A DNA stretch of 64,000 nt from Candidatus Bathyarchaeota archaeon. Its GTDB lineage: Archaea > Thermoproteota > Bathyarchaeia > Bathyarchaeales > Bathycorpusculaceae. Positions 19,169-29,931 of this stretch are shown here, one piece after another; position 1 is the stretch's first letter, and every line of letters begins with the position of its first letter. The stretch spans positions 32,001 through 96,000 of the forward strand of contig CAVYHV010000010.1 in NCBI GenBank assembly GCA_963768425.1. The letters run 5' to 3'. A model generated the notes under the pieces. The model saw nothing but the letters and a program-made list of their open reading frames with translations, was not told the origin of the DNA and searched no databases. Position numbers and translations under genes: made by a program.

Positions 19169-19240
19169 TTGGTTGCTTCCAGTTGGATTTGCTTATCAAA
19201 AGAATTTTATCTGCATATTAGACTTCTGGTTTAGGTAGGT

Positions 19241-19795
19241 GTGAAGCTGTTGAAGAAGCGGGTTTTGCTTTTGACTGGTGTTCCTGGCGTGGGGAAAACA
19301 ACAGTGCTGATCAAAACGGTGGAAGCCCTTAAAACGCGAGGCGTAAGCGTTGGCGGCATGATTAGTCGTGAAGCAAGAGAAGGTGGCGAGCGGGTGGGTT
19401 TTGAAATACTTGATTTAACCAACGGCAAGCGTGGGTGGCTGGCGCATGTAAACCAGAAGATTGGCCCGCAAGTCGGAAAGTACCATGTGAACCTTTGCGA
19501 TCTTGAATCAATAGGTTCAGAAGCCATTTTGGAAGCTTCGGAAAAATGCGCTTTAGTGGCAATTGATGAAATTGGTCCTATGGAGCTTTATTCACCGAAG
19601 TTCAAGCAAACCGTAAAGCAAGCGTTTGTAAGCGGTAAGCTTGTGTTAGCGGTGGTTCATGCGAAAGCCAAAGACCCGCTGATAGCTGAAGCAAAACAAA
19701 GAGAAGACGCTGAAATTATCCAGGTAACTAAAGAGAATCGAGACGCTTTGCCCGAAACACTAAGAAAACTATTGCAGCTATCTATTGAGACCTAA
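19241..19795 (+). CDS. THEP1-family nucleoside triphosphatase
   Basis: GVPGVGKTT and IDEIGPMEL motifs. Confidence 0.9.
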   Translation: MKLLKKRVLLLTGVPGVGKTTVLIKTVEALKTRGVSVGGMISREAREGGERVGFEILDLTNGKRGWLAHVNQKIGPQVGKYHVNLCDLESIGSEAILEASEKCALVAIDEIGPMELYSPKFKQTVKQAFVSGKLVLAVVHAKAKDPLIAEAKQREDAEIIQVTKENRDALPETLRKLLQLSIET

Positions 19796-20163
19796 CAAGT
19801 TACGTGAATTAACGCGACAAATTTTCTTTGTTCTTCCTCGATTTTTTTAATTACTTCGGGGGTAGGAAGGATTGTCGTGTCATATTTGTTCAATATTTCA
19901 GTAGCCTTCGGCGTTATGGGCAACGCGGCTTCGTGACCTATCCCAACATAAACTGCTTCGAATTGTTCCTTTGAAAGAAAATCAAGTTCCCGTTCAGAAA
20001 GGGGCGTGTGACCGAATTCCGATTTTAGTTCTTTGGATTTCTTTTTCTCCCTTTTTGTTATGGATCCATCTGAATGGATTATGATGTCTTTTTCATATTT
20101 TTCACTGTTGACATCGATCCAGCCGAACTCTGATTTAATGGATTTGATTTTCATAGACTCCAC
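19792..20163 (-). CDS. Mth938/NDUFAF3-like protein
   Basis: FGWI, GHTPL, VGIG motifs and terminal HVTC. Confidence 0.85.
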   Translation of the reverse strand: MESMKIKSIKSEFGWIDVNSEKYEKDIIIHSDGSITKREKKKSKELKSEFGHTPLSERELDFLSKEQFEAVYVGIGHEAALPITPKATEILNKYDTTILPTPEVIKKIEEEQRKFVALIHVTC

Positions 20164-20185
20164 CTAAAATAGTAATGACCCAAGG

Positions 20186-20488
20186 TTATTTTGGTTTCTT
20201 GCCGGGTGCTTTGTTGTTTTTCGAGTTAGCCTTGCGTTTTGATGCTTCTGGTTTTTCCGGTTCATCCCAATACTTATCGAACTCTTCTGGCGACATGATA
20301 TTGAGGCTTTGAAGTTGCTGGCTAAAAGCATCAAGGGCACATCGGTTGTTGAGGTGAGCATGATAGACTTCGATGAGAAGATTGACAGCCATCGACTTTG
20401 AAATCGGTTTTTTAGCCATGAAACTTAATTCTTCAGCTGCTTTCGCCAATTCATCATCGATTTTATCAGGCAAAACAAACGTTTTCAT
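20186..20488 (-). CDS. Hypothetical protein
   Basis: 100-aa ORF tightly packed in an operon. Confidence 0.65.
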   Translation of the reverse strand: MKTFVLPDKIDDELAKAAEELSFMAKKPISKSMAVNLLIEVYHAHLNNRCALDAFSQQLQSLNIMSPEEFDKYWDEPEKPEASKRKANSKNNKAPGKKPK

Positions 20489-20492
20489 GTTA

Positions 20493-21041
20493 TCAACTCA
20501 GGTCTTTGGCTATTTGCTCTGCGTTCCTTTTAACCTTCGCCAAATCATCCGCCGTGGGCTTCCCTCGGATATCGCCCAGCCTGCCAAGTGTGCTGTTGTC
20601 TTCTCTTCCATGAAACTCGCCTACAATGTACCATTCGCCGACTATTGTGAAGCCGAAATGCTCAAAGTACTGCCGCATCGTTTTGCCCGCAGGCACCGCC
20701 TCATCAATTCCAGTGTGAGGTCCCGAGTAAGTGACGAAAACCAGTGCGTTTTTGCCTGCCACTTTTGGGGCGCAGGGCTTGATTTTCCCCTGACTTCGGT
20801 AAAGGTTCAGCTTAGACTTCAGAAGGTCAGCAACCGGCTTCGCTGGCTGCCACTCAATAGATGGCGAACCGACACACACCAAATCGTAAGCGTAAAAGTC
20901 CAAGTTAGCTGCTTCCTGAGGCTTCTTCAATTCTACATGGAATCCTCCTGCCTCTAAGCCAACTTGGATTGCGTAAGCAACTTTCTGGGTGTTTCCAGTG
21001 CTTGACCAATAAACTATTAACGCTGACTTCAAACTTGGCAC
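20493..21041 (-). CDS. Flavodoxin-like protein
   Basis: YWSSTGNT FMN loop; GSPS. Confidence 0.85.
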   Translation of the reverse strand: MPSLKSALIVYWSSTGNTQKVAYAIQVGLEAGGFHVELKKPQEAANLDFYAYDLVCVGSPSIEWQPAKPVADLLKSKLNLYRSQGKIKPCAPKVAGKNALVFVTYSGPHTGIDEAVPAGKTMRQYFEHFGFTIVGEWYIVGEFHGREDNSTLGRLGDIRGKPTADDLAKVKRNAEQIAKDLS

Positions 21042-21368
21042 TCTCTATTCTCTTACTGCACGGCAAGAGTATTTTAGACTTATCCGCCTGAGAACTACTT
21101 CACGAGAATCGACCCGAAAAATCAATGCGACCTGCAAACACCTCAAAAATCCCTATCACTCACTTATTTTTGAGGTATAAATTTAATCTGTGGTGTAAGT
21201 CAGCCGCGCTGTCTTGTCCCGAAATCACATTTTGAAGTAATGCGCTTAGGAGGTCCAGAAATGTAGACTTAAGTTTGGTAAATTGACCCGGTCGAGGTTT
21301 ATTTCTTGTCTTGGTCTAATAACGAGGTATTAAATATCAAAGTAAACATATGTTTTTCGAGGAAGCGA

Positions 21369-22463
21369 ATGTCTATGGTCGCTGACGTTATCGATCAAGA
21401 CCGTCGGCGGGCCGAGGTTTTTGACGCTCTTAGTCATCCGACCCGCATAATGATTCTAAAAGCCTTAAGCGATGAAGCTGTGGGTTTTGCTGACCTAAAG
21501 AAGAAACTTGGCATCGAGAGCAGCGGGCATCTCCAGCATCACCTGAACAAACTCAATGACCTAGTGAAAACGGACGAATATGGAAAATACACGCTTTCAG
21601 ACCAAGGAAAAGATGCACTACTCAGCGTTCAAACTGTGGAAAGAACGGCCAAAATAGAGACAAAACAAAACGGAAAAGTCCAAAGGCCTAAAAAGAACAT
21701 TGTTTTGCTATCCGTAGTCATAGCACTTGCTTTCCTGCTAGTGGTAAGCTCAACTCTTGCAGCAGTTGAATATACGACCCTCGGCAACCAGAAATCGTCT
21801 TACCAGAGTGAATTGACTAAACGAAACACAGCAGTTACCCAGCTTGACACAGCCCTGAACTTTTCGCAAGCAGTAATCAGTATAAAGCAGCCTACTGAAT
21901 CTCAATACCTAACAACCCTTCCCGACAGCAATCGTGAGGGAACCCCCACAAAAATCCTTCTTCTTTCAACAAACATAGGTTACTTCTACGGTCCCAACTT
22001 ATTGCCGCTTAGTGAGTCGCTCAGAGATGCCTTAACAGTACCAACAAATAACGGGTCGCTGAACTTGCCCGATTTCGGTTGGCAATATGCGCCTGGAAAT
22101 TACAGCTGGTCATTTATGAGTGGAGGACCGTACCTTATGATAGGTGCCACGGTTAGAAACGATTATACATCCGCGGATGCTGGAAACGGCAATAATCCTA
22201 CCACGCCAATTGGGAATGTTCGGGGTTCATATCTTTCGTATCTAAGCTTGACCGTTAGGCTTTACAGTCAAGATGACCGCATTGTGCAAACGACATATCT
22301 TAACGTTACTTATGCACCAAATAATACGGCGTTGGGAGGTCAAAAATTCATTTCAGAAAGTGGCTCAACGACACAGGTTCTCTTCTATCTTTCTCCTTCC
22401 AGCTTAAACATTGGCCATTACGAAATCTATGTCTCTTCCCTATCTGCGCTTCCGCAACCTTGA
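21369..22463 (+). CDS. Membrane-anchored ArsR-like wHTH protein with extracellular C-terminal domain
   Basis: FDALSHPTRIMIL..GHLQHHL wHTH, single TM helix, N/S/T-rich C-terminal domain. Confidence 0.8.
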   Translation: MSMVADVIDQDRRRAEVFDALSHPTRIMILKALSDEAVGFADLKKKLGIESSGHLQHHLNKLNDLVKTDEYGKYTLSDQGKDALLSVQTVERTAKIETKQNGKVQRPKKNIVLLSVVIALAFLLVVSSTLAAVEYTTLGNQKSSYQSELTKRNTAVTQLDTALNFSQAVISIKQPTESQYLTTLPDSNREGTPTKILLLSTNIGYFYGPNLLPLSESLRDALTVPTNNGSLNLPDFGWQYAPGNYSWSFMSGGPYLMIGATVRNDYTSADAGNGNNPTTPIGNVRGSYLSYLSLTVRLYSQDDRIVQTTYLNVTYAPNNTALGGQKFISESGSTTQVLFYLSPSSLNIGHYEIYVSSLSALPQP

Positions 22464-22571
22464 ATGAAATTAACTCGTTAGCAACTCGATTCGCTTTTCA
22501 TGTTTTCTCATTTTATTCCAATAGAACTCGATAATTGACCCAACAACTCGCTGACGCCTCAGATGACATTT

Positions 22572-23144
22572 TCAATCGCCCCGCTTTTCAGCAACAGCTA
22601 CAAGTTGCCGACCAGAAAAATCTTTCCTGAAAGCAAAGAACTTTAACGCTACTAGCGCAAGAAAGCTATGTTTAGTATCATCATATGTATAAGCAAACAC
22701 TTTGAACCTGCGAAAACCAACTCTACGCATTAAATTATCTAACTCAAGCCGTCCCCAAGCACTCACATGGTCATTATGTGGAACATAAAAACCATGCAGT
22801 AATGTGTGCAATATAACCGTGATGTTCAGAATGTTAGGAGTTCCAAGAATTAACCTACCATCGTTAGTCATTACTCTCTTAATTTCTTTTAAAACCCTGC
22901 ATGGAGAATCAACATGTTCAATAACATCGAACATGGTTACCTGCGCAAATAAATTATCTGTGAAAGGAAGGAAAGTTGCATCACATCTTACGAAAGGCTT
23001 GTCTGACTTGCAAACATGCTTTCCAATGTCAATGTTTACGTCACCAAGGCAAATCAAACCAAAATGTTCAGAACCAGAGCCAACATCTAAAGACAGTTCA
23101 TCTGCCTTTAACTTTTTGAATAAGAATGTTGGGAAAGTTTTCAC
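22572..23144 (-). CDS. Class I SAM-dependent methyltransferase
   Basis: LDVGSGS, DATFLPF, DVIEHV and GTPN motifs. Confidence 0.85.
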   Translation of the reverse strand: MKTFPTFLFKKLKADELSLDVGSGSEHFGLICLGDVNIDIGKHVCKSDKPFVRCDATFLPFTDNLFAQVTMFDVIEHVDSPCRVLKEIKRVMTNDGRLILGTPNILNITVILHTLLHGFYVPHNDHVSAWGRLELDNLMRRVGFRRFKVFAYTYDDTKHSFLALVALKFFAFRKDFSGRQLVAVAEKRGD

Positions 23145-23589
23145 CTTTCATTACACCGCCCCGATGCTTTCGAGTTGCTTATAGATTTCAACATCACCAG
23201 ATTTATCCGAGTTAGTTCGCAGAGCAACATAAAAATTTTCGCAAGAAGAACAGGGCTCGCTTAAGCCACAAATTCTAGGCCAAAATGATGCTTGAAGTAA
23301 AAGCGATTTTTTATTCTTTCGTTTAGCGTTCATAAAAGATACACAAGCAGAATTAAAAATCTTGTCAAATTTCAGTTGAGTTGGAAATGTCAGGTTTATT
23401 TTCAAAAGCTGACTTAACCTTACATTAGAGTAATCATGAAAGTCAACGTACAATCTCTGACTTACAGTACCCATAACCAGTCAACTTCAATTGGAATAAT
23501 CAACTGATCTAATTAATTGTTAAGACTTTCGCTTTGTAACAAGACGGCTCGGCAGAAAACGTGAATGATTTTGCAGGACAAGTACTGGC

Positions 23590-24123
23590 TTATTGTTGTT
23601 CTGCTTGTTGCTTCAGCGCCTTATTCATTTCCTCAAATCCCCTTTGAGTATCGCGCAGCAGGCTGCGAGTGAAGGGGACTAACAGACCAGTGAACTTCTC
23701 AAGCTGGATAAACTTGACAGAATTTTCACTTGAAGATTCAATTATTAGAGCATGTTCGCCATCGAACAACCAAGGCAAATACAATCGCCCCAACCAGCGC
23801 AGTTCATGGTTTGGGTCAACTTTCAGCACTTTGGGTCGAAAGGTCATGCCTTTAGTTCCAGAAGGTTGAATGAATACTTCGAGTCTTGCACCCGTTTTGA
23901 TTTCTCCGGTTGCCCGACGTATGAGTGGGTTCCAGCGCGGAAAATCCTCAAAATCGGTGATTACTGCCCATAATCGTTTGGCAGACGAATTAATCACTAT
24001 TTCATTCGAAATTTGCTTCGAGAATACCAGCGAAAACCACCACTTGGTATTGACCTGCTTAACTATAAAAACTTGGGGTGCGCTCAAGACATGAGCAGCT
24101 GCCCGTTGACAAAAAGCTTTCAA
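23590..24123 (-). CDS. SRPBCC/polyketide cyclase-family protein (true start probably about 90 bp later)
   Basis: WAVITDFEDFPRWNP, ELRWLG, FDGEH and MNKALK motifs. Confidence 0.85.
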   Translation of the reverse strand: MKAFCQRAAAHVLSAPQVFIVKQVNTKWWFSLVFSKQISNEIVINSSAKRLWAVITDFEDFPRWNPLIRRATGEIKTGARLEVFIQPSGTKGMTFRPKVLKVDPNHELRWLGRLYLPWLFDGEHALIIESSSENSVKFIQLEKFTGLLVPFTRSLLRDTQRGFEEMNKALKQQAEQQ

Positions 24124-24832
24124 TGTCGATGCGCTTTCCTCAAATACTTCAATAGTTAATTTCGGGACAAGGCAGGTTGCTATTTCTTAATTCTAAGAAA
24201 CAGACATCAAGCAAAAAATAAAGCTCAAAGAGTGTAAGAACGAGGGGAAAAGGACATCGGTGAGTTCGGGACCAACGTCTTCATTTCGACGCTAAATGAG
24301 TATTTTGAGTCATGCATTGAAATTTCACGAATACGAGTTGGTGAACCTATGATTTTGCGATATATTCCGATTCTGGAAATATCCTTCTTAAGCTACATAA
24401 ACGACTTCTTGTTTGAGGAGAAAGGAGAGCTTCTCACTTAAGAAAAATCCTATTGAGGTTATACGTATGTATGTAGATATCTCTGAAGAAATCTTTGAAG
24501 CAATGTTAGACAGCCTAGATGGCGACTACATTATTGAAGCCCAAGTTCTTGCAAGCATGAAACCTACTGGCTGGTAATGCTTGGTTGGCGCCCTTACGAA
24601 GCAAGAAAGCGTAAAGCCCAAAAATGAAAACAAGAGCTAATTTTCTCACTATTGATTCATATTCTTGATTCATAAGGCTTATTTCCTTTAAACCTCAAAG
24701 AGTTAACAAAGACCCGCAAAAAACTGGAACACAAAGCCATGTTTTACAAGCTTCCGTCAAGAGAGAACTAAATGAAAAACCAAAAGAAACGTCAAATGGA
24801 ACGGCGCAAAAAAATTTTAGAAAGTGCTTAAA

Positions 24833-24955
24833 ATGAAATCTAATGATAAATGTCCTTCTTGTAGTTCAGCTGAGACAGAAATCGTCTATGAAAGCGAAAC
24901 AGTGTTTAGTGTTTGCAAAGGTTGCAGAGAAATACGGTCAAAAAGCTGGTTTTGA
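24833..24955 (+). CDS. 40-aa zinc-ribbon microprotein (not in the ORF track)
   Basis: Manual translation: MKSNDKCPSCSSAETEIVYESETVFSVCKGCREIRSKSWF. Confidence 0.5.
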   Translation: MKSNDKCPSCSSAETEIVYESETVFSVCKGCREIRSKSWF

Positions 24956-25176
24956 AAAATTCTCGCCTAAACATATGTGACTGGATTAGCGTCTAATTCA
25001 ACCAACCAAAAGCCATTAATAAAATAAGATTTCGACTAAACCTTCTTTAGAAACAAAAAAAGGAAAAAATATTTCAAATAACAACTTTGCTGAAACGCTT
25101 GTTTTTAAGCAAGACATAAAAAGAAATCTCGCTTCATATACAATCAGTGAAGGCTTAGTTTAGAGGAGAACTTGTA

Positions 25177-27009
25177 ATGAGAGCACAAAAGGTTGTCAGC
25201 AGGAAGACTGCTTTAGGGTCAATAGGGTTATGTATTGTTCTGTCAGTTGTCGTGATTGGCTTTCTGGTGCAGGATTCTAATGTTAGTCTTCTTAATCAAG
25301 CGACGTCGAAAGATTTGATTATCAAATCCTTGAACTCGACTGTCAGCACGCTAAATGCGACTGTAATCCAGGATAATTCAACGATTGACTCTTTGAATGC
25401 TCAAATAGCAAGCCTTCAAAAACAAGTTAAATCTGAGAGCTTGGCCAACTCAGCTCTTCAGACTCAAGCCAAGTCGACAACTTCTCAGCTTAATAGTGAA
25501 ACCAATGAAGTAAACTCGCTTCAAAAGGAGATTAATGACAACCAGATTTCAACCGAGCAAGTGCAAATGGCGAACCTGCAAAGCCAGGTCGCTTCGGACC
25601 AATCAACAATAGCGTCGTTGAACTCGAACGTCGCAAATTTAGAGACAACGATGGCGAACTGGGAAGCTCCTGTCACCAACGGATTCAGTTTAATCCAGAT
25701 TACCGATACGCAATACCTAAGCGAGACAAACCCTCAGTTATTTAATACTTTGACCAGCTGGATAGTAAACAACACCAACGCCCTAAACGTATCAATGGTT
25801 GTTCACACAGGTGATATTGTGAATGTTGCCAATTCCCCGGCTCAATGGAGCAATGCAAACGACGCCATGATGACTCTTTACAACAATGGGATACCTTACT
25901 GTTGGGACGCCGGAAACCACGATCAACTTAACAGTACTGCCCAAGGCGGCGGAGGAGACCCAAACGGCGCATGGTTGGGAGGATACTACCCTGCATTCAA
26001 CGTAACTTTGATGCAGCAAGAACCATACTGGGTAAGCAGCATTTTCGACGGCGCAAACACTGCAGTAAGATTTTCTTTCGGCAGCCACCAGTTCATGGTT
26101 ATCAACATAGAATATGACGCTAACCAAACGGTTTTAAACTGGATGGAAACCCTAATCACTGCTAACCCCGCCATCAACGTGATTGTCGCCACGCATAATT
26201 TCCTTAACGGAGATGGCGGATACGGCTACACTTTAGTTTCTGCATCTGGCGAGTGGGCTGCAAACTTCGAAAACATATTGAACAATTATCCCAACGTGAT
26301 TCTGACGCTGAATGGACACGACGTCAACGATGGAGGAACAGCATACAATCGAAAAGTTGGAAACAGAGAAGAAATCTTCTTCAACAGACAAGAAGTAAAC
26401 GGAAAAACGGGGGCGGCGGCCGCGCGAATCTACACGTTCAATATGAGTAATCCGGCGCAGCCAGCTGTAAACGTCTACACATACCAGGCATACTCAAACG
26501 GCGCAGAAGGACCCCAGTATTTAACTGACCCAATGGACCAGTTCAGTTTTTCAGTGAACCTTTCAGCTTATTCGCCTCAGACAGTTAACTTTACCGGCAG
26601 CACTGACTTTCTGGGGGCAAGCGGCTACAGCGTAAGCTTCGCAAATCCAGTAACCATGTCTCCTGTCGTGCAAAATGTTGAAGGAACGTACCTACTCAAC
26701 TTGTGGGCATGTTACAACCAGACAGGTGACTTACTGACATTCTACAATTTGACTTTCAATGGCGTAACATCCAACGTGACACTCAGCTCAGTCGGATCTA
26801 ACATAGTAATGGACAACTACAACTCAACCAGCATAACATACTCGGTTAACGGAGGCATTGGCATTCAAACCTTCTTGACGAACGCAATTCCAACATCGGT
26901 AACCGTTGACAACACAACACAAGCCACTCCAGGCATCAACTGGACGTACCAAAACGGGGTAGTCACAGTTATCGGCGCGACCCAATCAGTGACCATAAAC
27001 TTTACCTGA
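25177..27009 (+). CDS. Membrane-anchored coiled-coil calcineurin-like metallophosphoesterase
   Basis: N-terminal TM helix and heptad coiled coil; DTQ, GDIV, GNHD, TH and GHD motifs. Confidence 0.85.
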   Translation: MRAQKVVSRKTALGSIGLCIVLSVVVIGFLVQDSNVSLLNQATSKDLIIKSLNSTVSTLNATVIQDNSTIDSLNAQIASLQKQVKSESLANSALQTQAKSTTSQLNSETNEVNSLQKEINDNQISTEQVQMANLQSQVASDQSTIASLNSNVANLETTMANWEAPVTNGFSLIQITDTQYLSETNPQLFNTLTSWIVNNTNALNVSMVVHTGDIVNVANSPAQWSNANDAMMTLYNNGIPYCWDAGNHDQLNSTAQGGGGDPNGAWLGGYYPAFNVTLMQQEPYWVSSIFDGANTAVRFSFGSHQFMVINIEYDANQTVLNWMETLITANPAINVIVATHNFLNGDGGYGYTLVSASGEWAANFENILNNYPNVILTLNGHDVNDGGTAYNRKVGNREEIFFNRQEVNGKTGAAAARIYTFNMSNPAQPAVNVYTYQAYSNGAEGPQYLTDPMDQFSFSVNLSAYSPQTVNFTGSTDFLGASGYSVSFANPVTMSPVVQNVEGTYLLNLWACYNQTGDLLTFYNLTFNGVTSNVTLSSVGSNIVMDNYNSTSITYSVNGGIGIQTFLTNAIPTSVTVDNTTQATPGINWTYQNGVVTVIGATQSVTINFT

Positions 27010-27268
27010 GTCACCAAAAGAAATAACACACAAAAAACATTTAGATGCGAAGTGTGAGACTCCAAAATCTTCATGGGAGATTTCACAATGTTGTTTTTCT
27101 GAGCGACTACGACTAAGGTCAACGATTATTTCGCCAATGTTGCTTTTGTTGAATAATGGTTGAAAAAATAAGAACATTCGTGGTCAACCGAATGCAAGTT
27201 TAGCAGAGGCGCGAGGTCACAGAGCAAAGAGGTCTTAAGACATCTACCTTCTTTTTTCGCGCGCACTT

Positions 27269-28098
27269 TCAAAAGTAACTGAAGATTGCTGATGCCAGCA
27301 AATTGGCGCCTATTAGAATGAGAGTTAGGTCAGCGAAAAAGCCGAAACTAAACTGAACATTATTACTGCCTGAAGAGTACATTTGAACGAATCCAAAGCG
27401 AATAATCAAAGTTGAGAAAAGTCCAATCGCGACCCCCATCATTATGATGGATGCCCTTAATGATGTGTTAAATTTCCTTGCAAAAGCCCCAAACATGATT
27501 CCTCCCACTGCATAAATCAGTAACCCTATTCCAAAAGAACATGAAACCATTCTAAACTTTCATGCACCGAAGCGAACATTTGAAAAAACGGAATACTTAC
27601 AGCGACGACCACGAGTAATAAACCCGTCGCTAAGTTGGTCAATTTTGCTTTACTCGAAAAGTCGCCCAAAAAAGCACCAAACAATTTATAAATTCCAATT
27701 ATGAGCATGGCAACGCTGAATATAGCAGCCCAGTGAAAAGCAATTTCAATTCCTGTGTAAATTCCAAAAAATCTACCCGGATACAACAAGACAAAACCCA
27801 ATATCAGGGCTTACAGCCCGATCAGCCCTCCTGCTAAGTTGAAAACAAAAGGAAGTTTCGATTTTTCTGGGGGCTTGTTTTTGGCAAGATAGTTAAGTCC
27901 CACCGAAACAGCCAGTATCCCAAAAATTAACAGCGAAAGCCCAATAAAATAATCCGCATCGTTTACCGCAATATAGCCTGTTTCTGTGTTGGCAGCACTT
28001 ATGATTGGTTTAGTGAAAAGCCAAAGGTAAGTAGCTGATGCCAGAAGGAAGCCTCCGAACGAAGTTAAAGCAACGCCAAATTTTCTGCTTTTGCTCAC
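27269..28098 (-). pseudogene. Multi-pass membrane protein (DUF308/HdeD-like C-terminal part) broken by one in-frame TAA and one frameshift
   Basis: 27811..28098 and 27526..27801 share a frame and are separated by TAA (LIGL*ALILG). A T-run frameshift near 27535 joins them to 27269..27550. Confidence 0.55.
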
Positions 28099-28360
28099 TT
28101 AAATCCCAATACTAATTTGAGTATTTTGTTTTTAATTTTTTTGTTTGTTGTCTGTTCTCGTGTGGTGCGGTGTGCCGTTTGGTGTGGTGCTGTGCAGTTG
28201 TGGTTGTTGTTGTGGGTGTTGAGGATTTATGAGGAGGAGAGAGGCAAGTAGATTATGAGTTTTAGGATTGGGAGAAAGACTAAAATTTCGTTTTTCTCCC
28301 TCTCGTTTTTCAAAAACAGGCGCTTTCCACTTATGTTCTCCAATGAATGTAAAAGCTTAA

Positions 28361-29062
28361 CTACGTTCTTTCTAACATCATGCGTTTCAAAATTTCGGCG
28401 CCGTGTCTAATGCCAAGTTTCTTCACACCTAATCTTTCCCGATATTGAATAGGGATCTCCGCAATGCCAAAACCTTCTCCATCCACATGTAGATTAAGCT
28501 CAATCTCAAAATCAAAACCCTTAGAACGTACCCGCCAATTTTTAAGAATTTGCGTCCGCACCACCCGCAACCCAGTTAACGGATCAGCCAATTGAATCCC
28601 ATTCAGAAAGTTATGGATAAACGAAATAAATCTGTTACCAAAGTAAAAAATCCCATTCAAACCCTTCAAATCTAAATAGCCACTAAACCGGTTTCCGCAA
28701 ACCATTCCTACATCGGGATTTTTCTCAAGTATTTCAAACATCTTCGGAACATATTCGGCAGGGTATGTGTAATCGGCATCAGTAAGAATAATATAATCAA
28801 CATTCAGGTCTGCATGCTTTAGACCCTTGGCCAAGGCATCGCCTTTTCCGAAGCCATCTTGGAAAATAACCTTTGCACCAAACGCCTTAGCTATCTCAAC
28901 TGTGCGATCATAGCTTTTACCGTCAACCACCAAAACTTCAAGATCAACCAAAGCATCTTTCATTTCTGCAATAGTAAGCCCAATCCCTGGCTCTTCATTA
29001 AGCGCCGCAATGATCAACTGCGCAGAATACCCAATTCTTATCTCTTGAAAAAGAATCGCCAA
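28361..29062 (-). CDS. GT2 glycosyltransferase (dolichol-phosphate sugar synthase-like)
   Basis: ALNEE, VDGKSYDRT, GKGDA, DADYTY and DPLTGLR motifs. Confidence 0.9.
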   Translation of the reverse strand: MAILFQEIRIGYSAQLIIAALNEEPGIGLTIAEMKDALVDLEVLVVDGKSYDRTVEIAKAFGAKVIFQDGFGKGDALAKGLKHADLNVDYIILTDADYTYPAEYVPKMFEILEKNPDVGMVCGNRFSGYLDLKGLNGIFYFGNRFISFIHNFLNGIQLADPLTGLRVVRTQILKNWRVRSKGFDFEIELNLHVDGEGFGIAEIPIQYRERLGVKKLGIRHGAEILKRMMLERT

Positions 29063-29376
29063 ACCCTCAATAGATGAAGCTTTTTTCCAATATCGTCTGT
29101 TCTCATTTCTCTCTTTCTCTTTCTGAATTTAGAATCATCTTCTAACATAATCTTTTTATAGTTTTTTGAAACACGAAATCACGTTAATTGTCAACTTGAG
29201 CGAAGCTTTGCAAAGCCAGCTTAGCAAAGCTTGTCAAGTTTAGTTTATCAGTTCCAATAAAACTTTGCGAAATATGTGGTCTGCACCGCTGTAACAAGCG
29301 GAAGAACTGCTAACTTGAAGCAATCGCTGGGGCTGAGCCGACATTTATTTAACTCTATGTACAAACAAGTAATCGA

Positions 29377-29670
29377 ATGGGTGAAAAAGAAGTGAGCAAG
29401 CTTGAGAGCGAGTTAAAAGAAAAGATTGATGAAATAATCAGGCAGAAGGCAGAATCATCTGAAACAGATGAGCTTTCAAACGCAGAACACGGGTACGTGG
29501 ATGCTCTAATATGGCTAAAAGAAGGCTCAATCCAGCTAACTAATGAAGGCATTGAAAAAGAAACAGTGGAGCAAACATATGCGGACCCAGACCAAAGCAA
29601 AGAATACTACAATGGCTACGACTCTGCACTTAAACTAGTGTTAAAAATGCTAATTGAATTGAAAAAATAG
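29377..29670 (+). CDS. Hypothetical acidic protein
   Basis: 97-aa ORF; EYYNGYDSAL. Confidence 0.6.
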   Translation: MGEKEVSKLESELKEKIDEIIRQKAESSETDELSNAEHGYVDALIWLKEGSIQLTNEGIEKETVEQTYADPDQSKEYYNGYDSALKLVLKMLIELKK

Positions 29671-29931
29671 TATTTTTCTAGACGAATAGTTTCCTTACGA
29701 AAGGAAAAAATGGATGAGCCTCAGAAACTTATCCAACGTTAAGCCAAAGAATCAAAAGGATTGACAGAGCAGAAATCCAGTCAACTATTGATGGGGCTAT
29801 ATGTTTCTAACAAAGGATTACCCAGACTTGCCGGAAGAGGAACTAAGCCATGTTGAAAAGTACTATTTCTAAAAAACCGTGCGATTTGAAAGTATAAATA
29901 TCGTATCAGCTCTATGTTAGTTAAGTTTTAG

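Noticed and set aside
23151-23474. 107-aa minus-strand ORF and similar overlapping or antisense ORFs
   Set aside because: No recognisable motifs and atypical composition; not supportable as genes.
27811-27813. In-frame TAA as possible stop-codon recoding
   Set aside because: It is a single case, TAA ends many normal genes here, and a TTA-to-TAA error or mutation is simpler.
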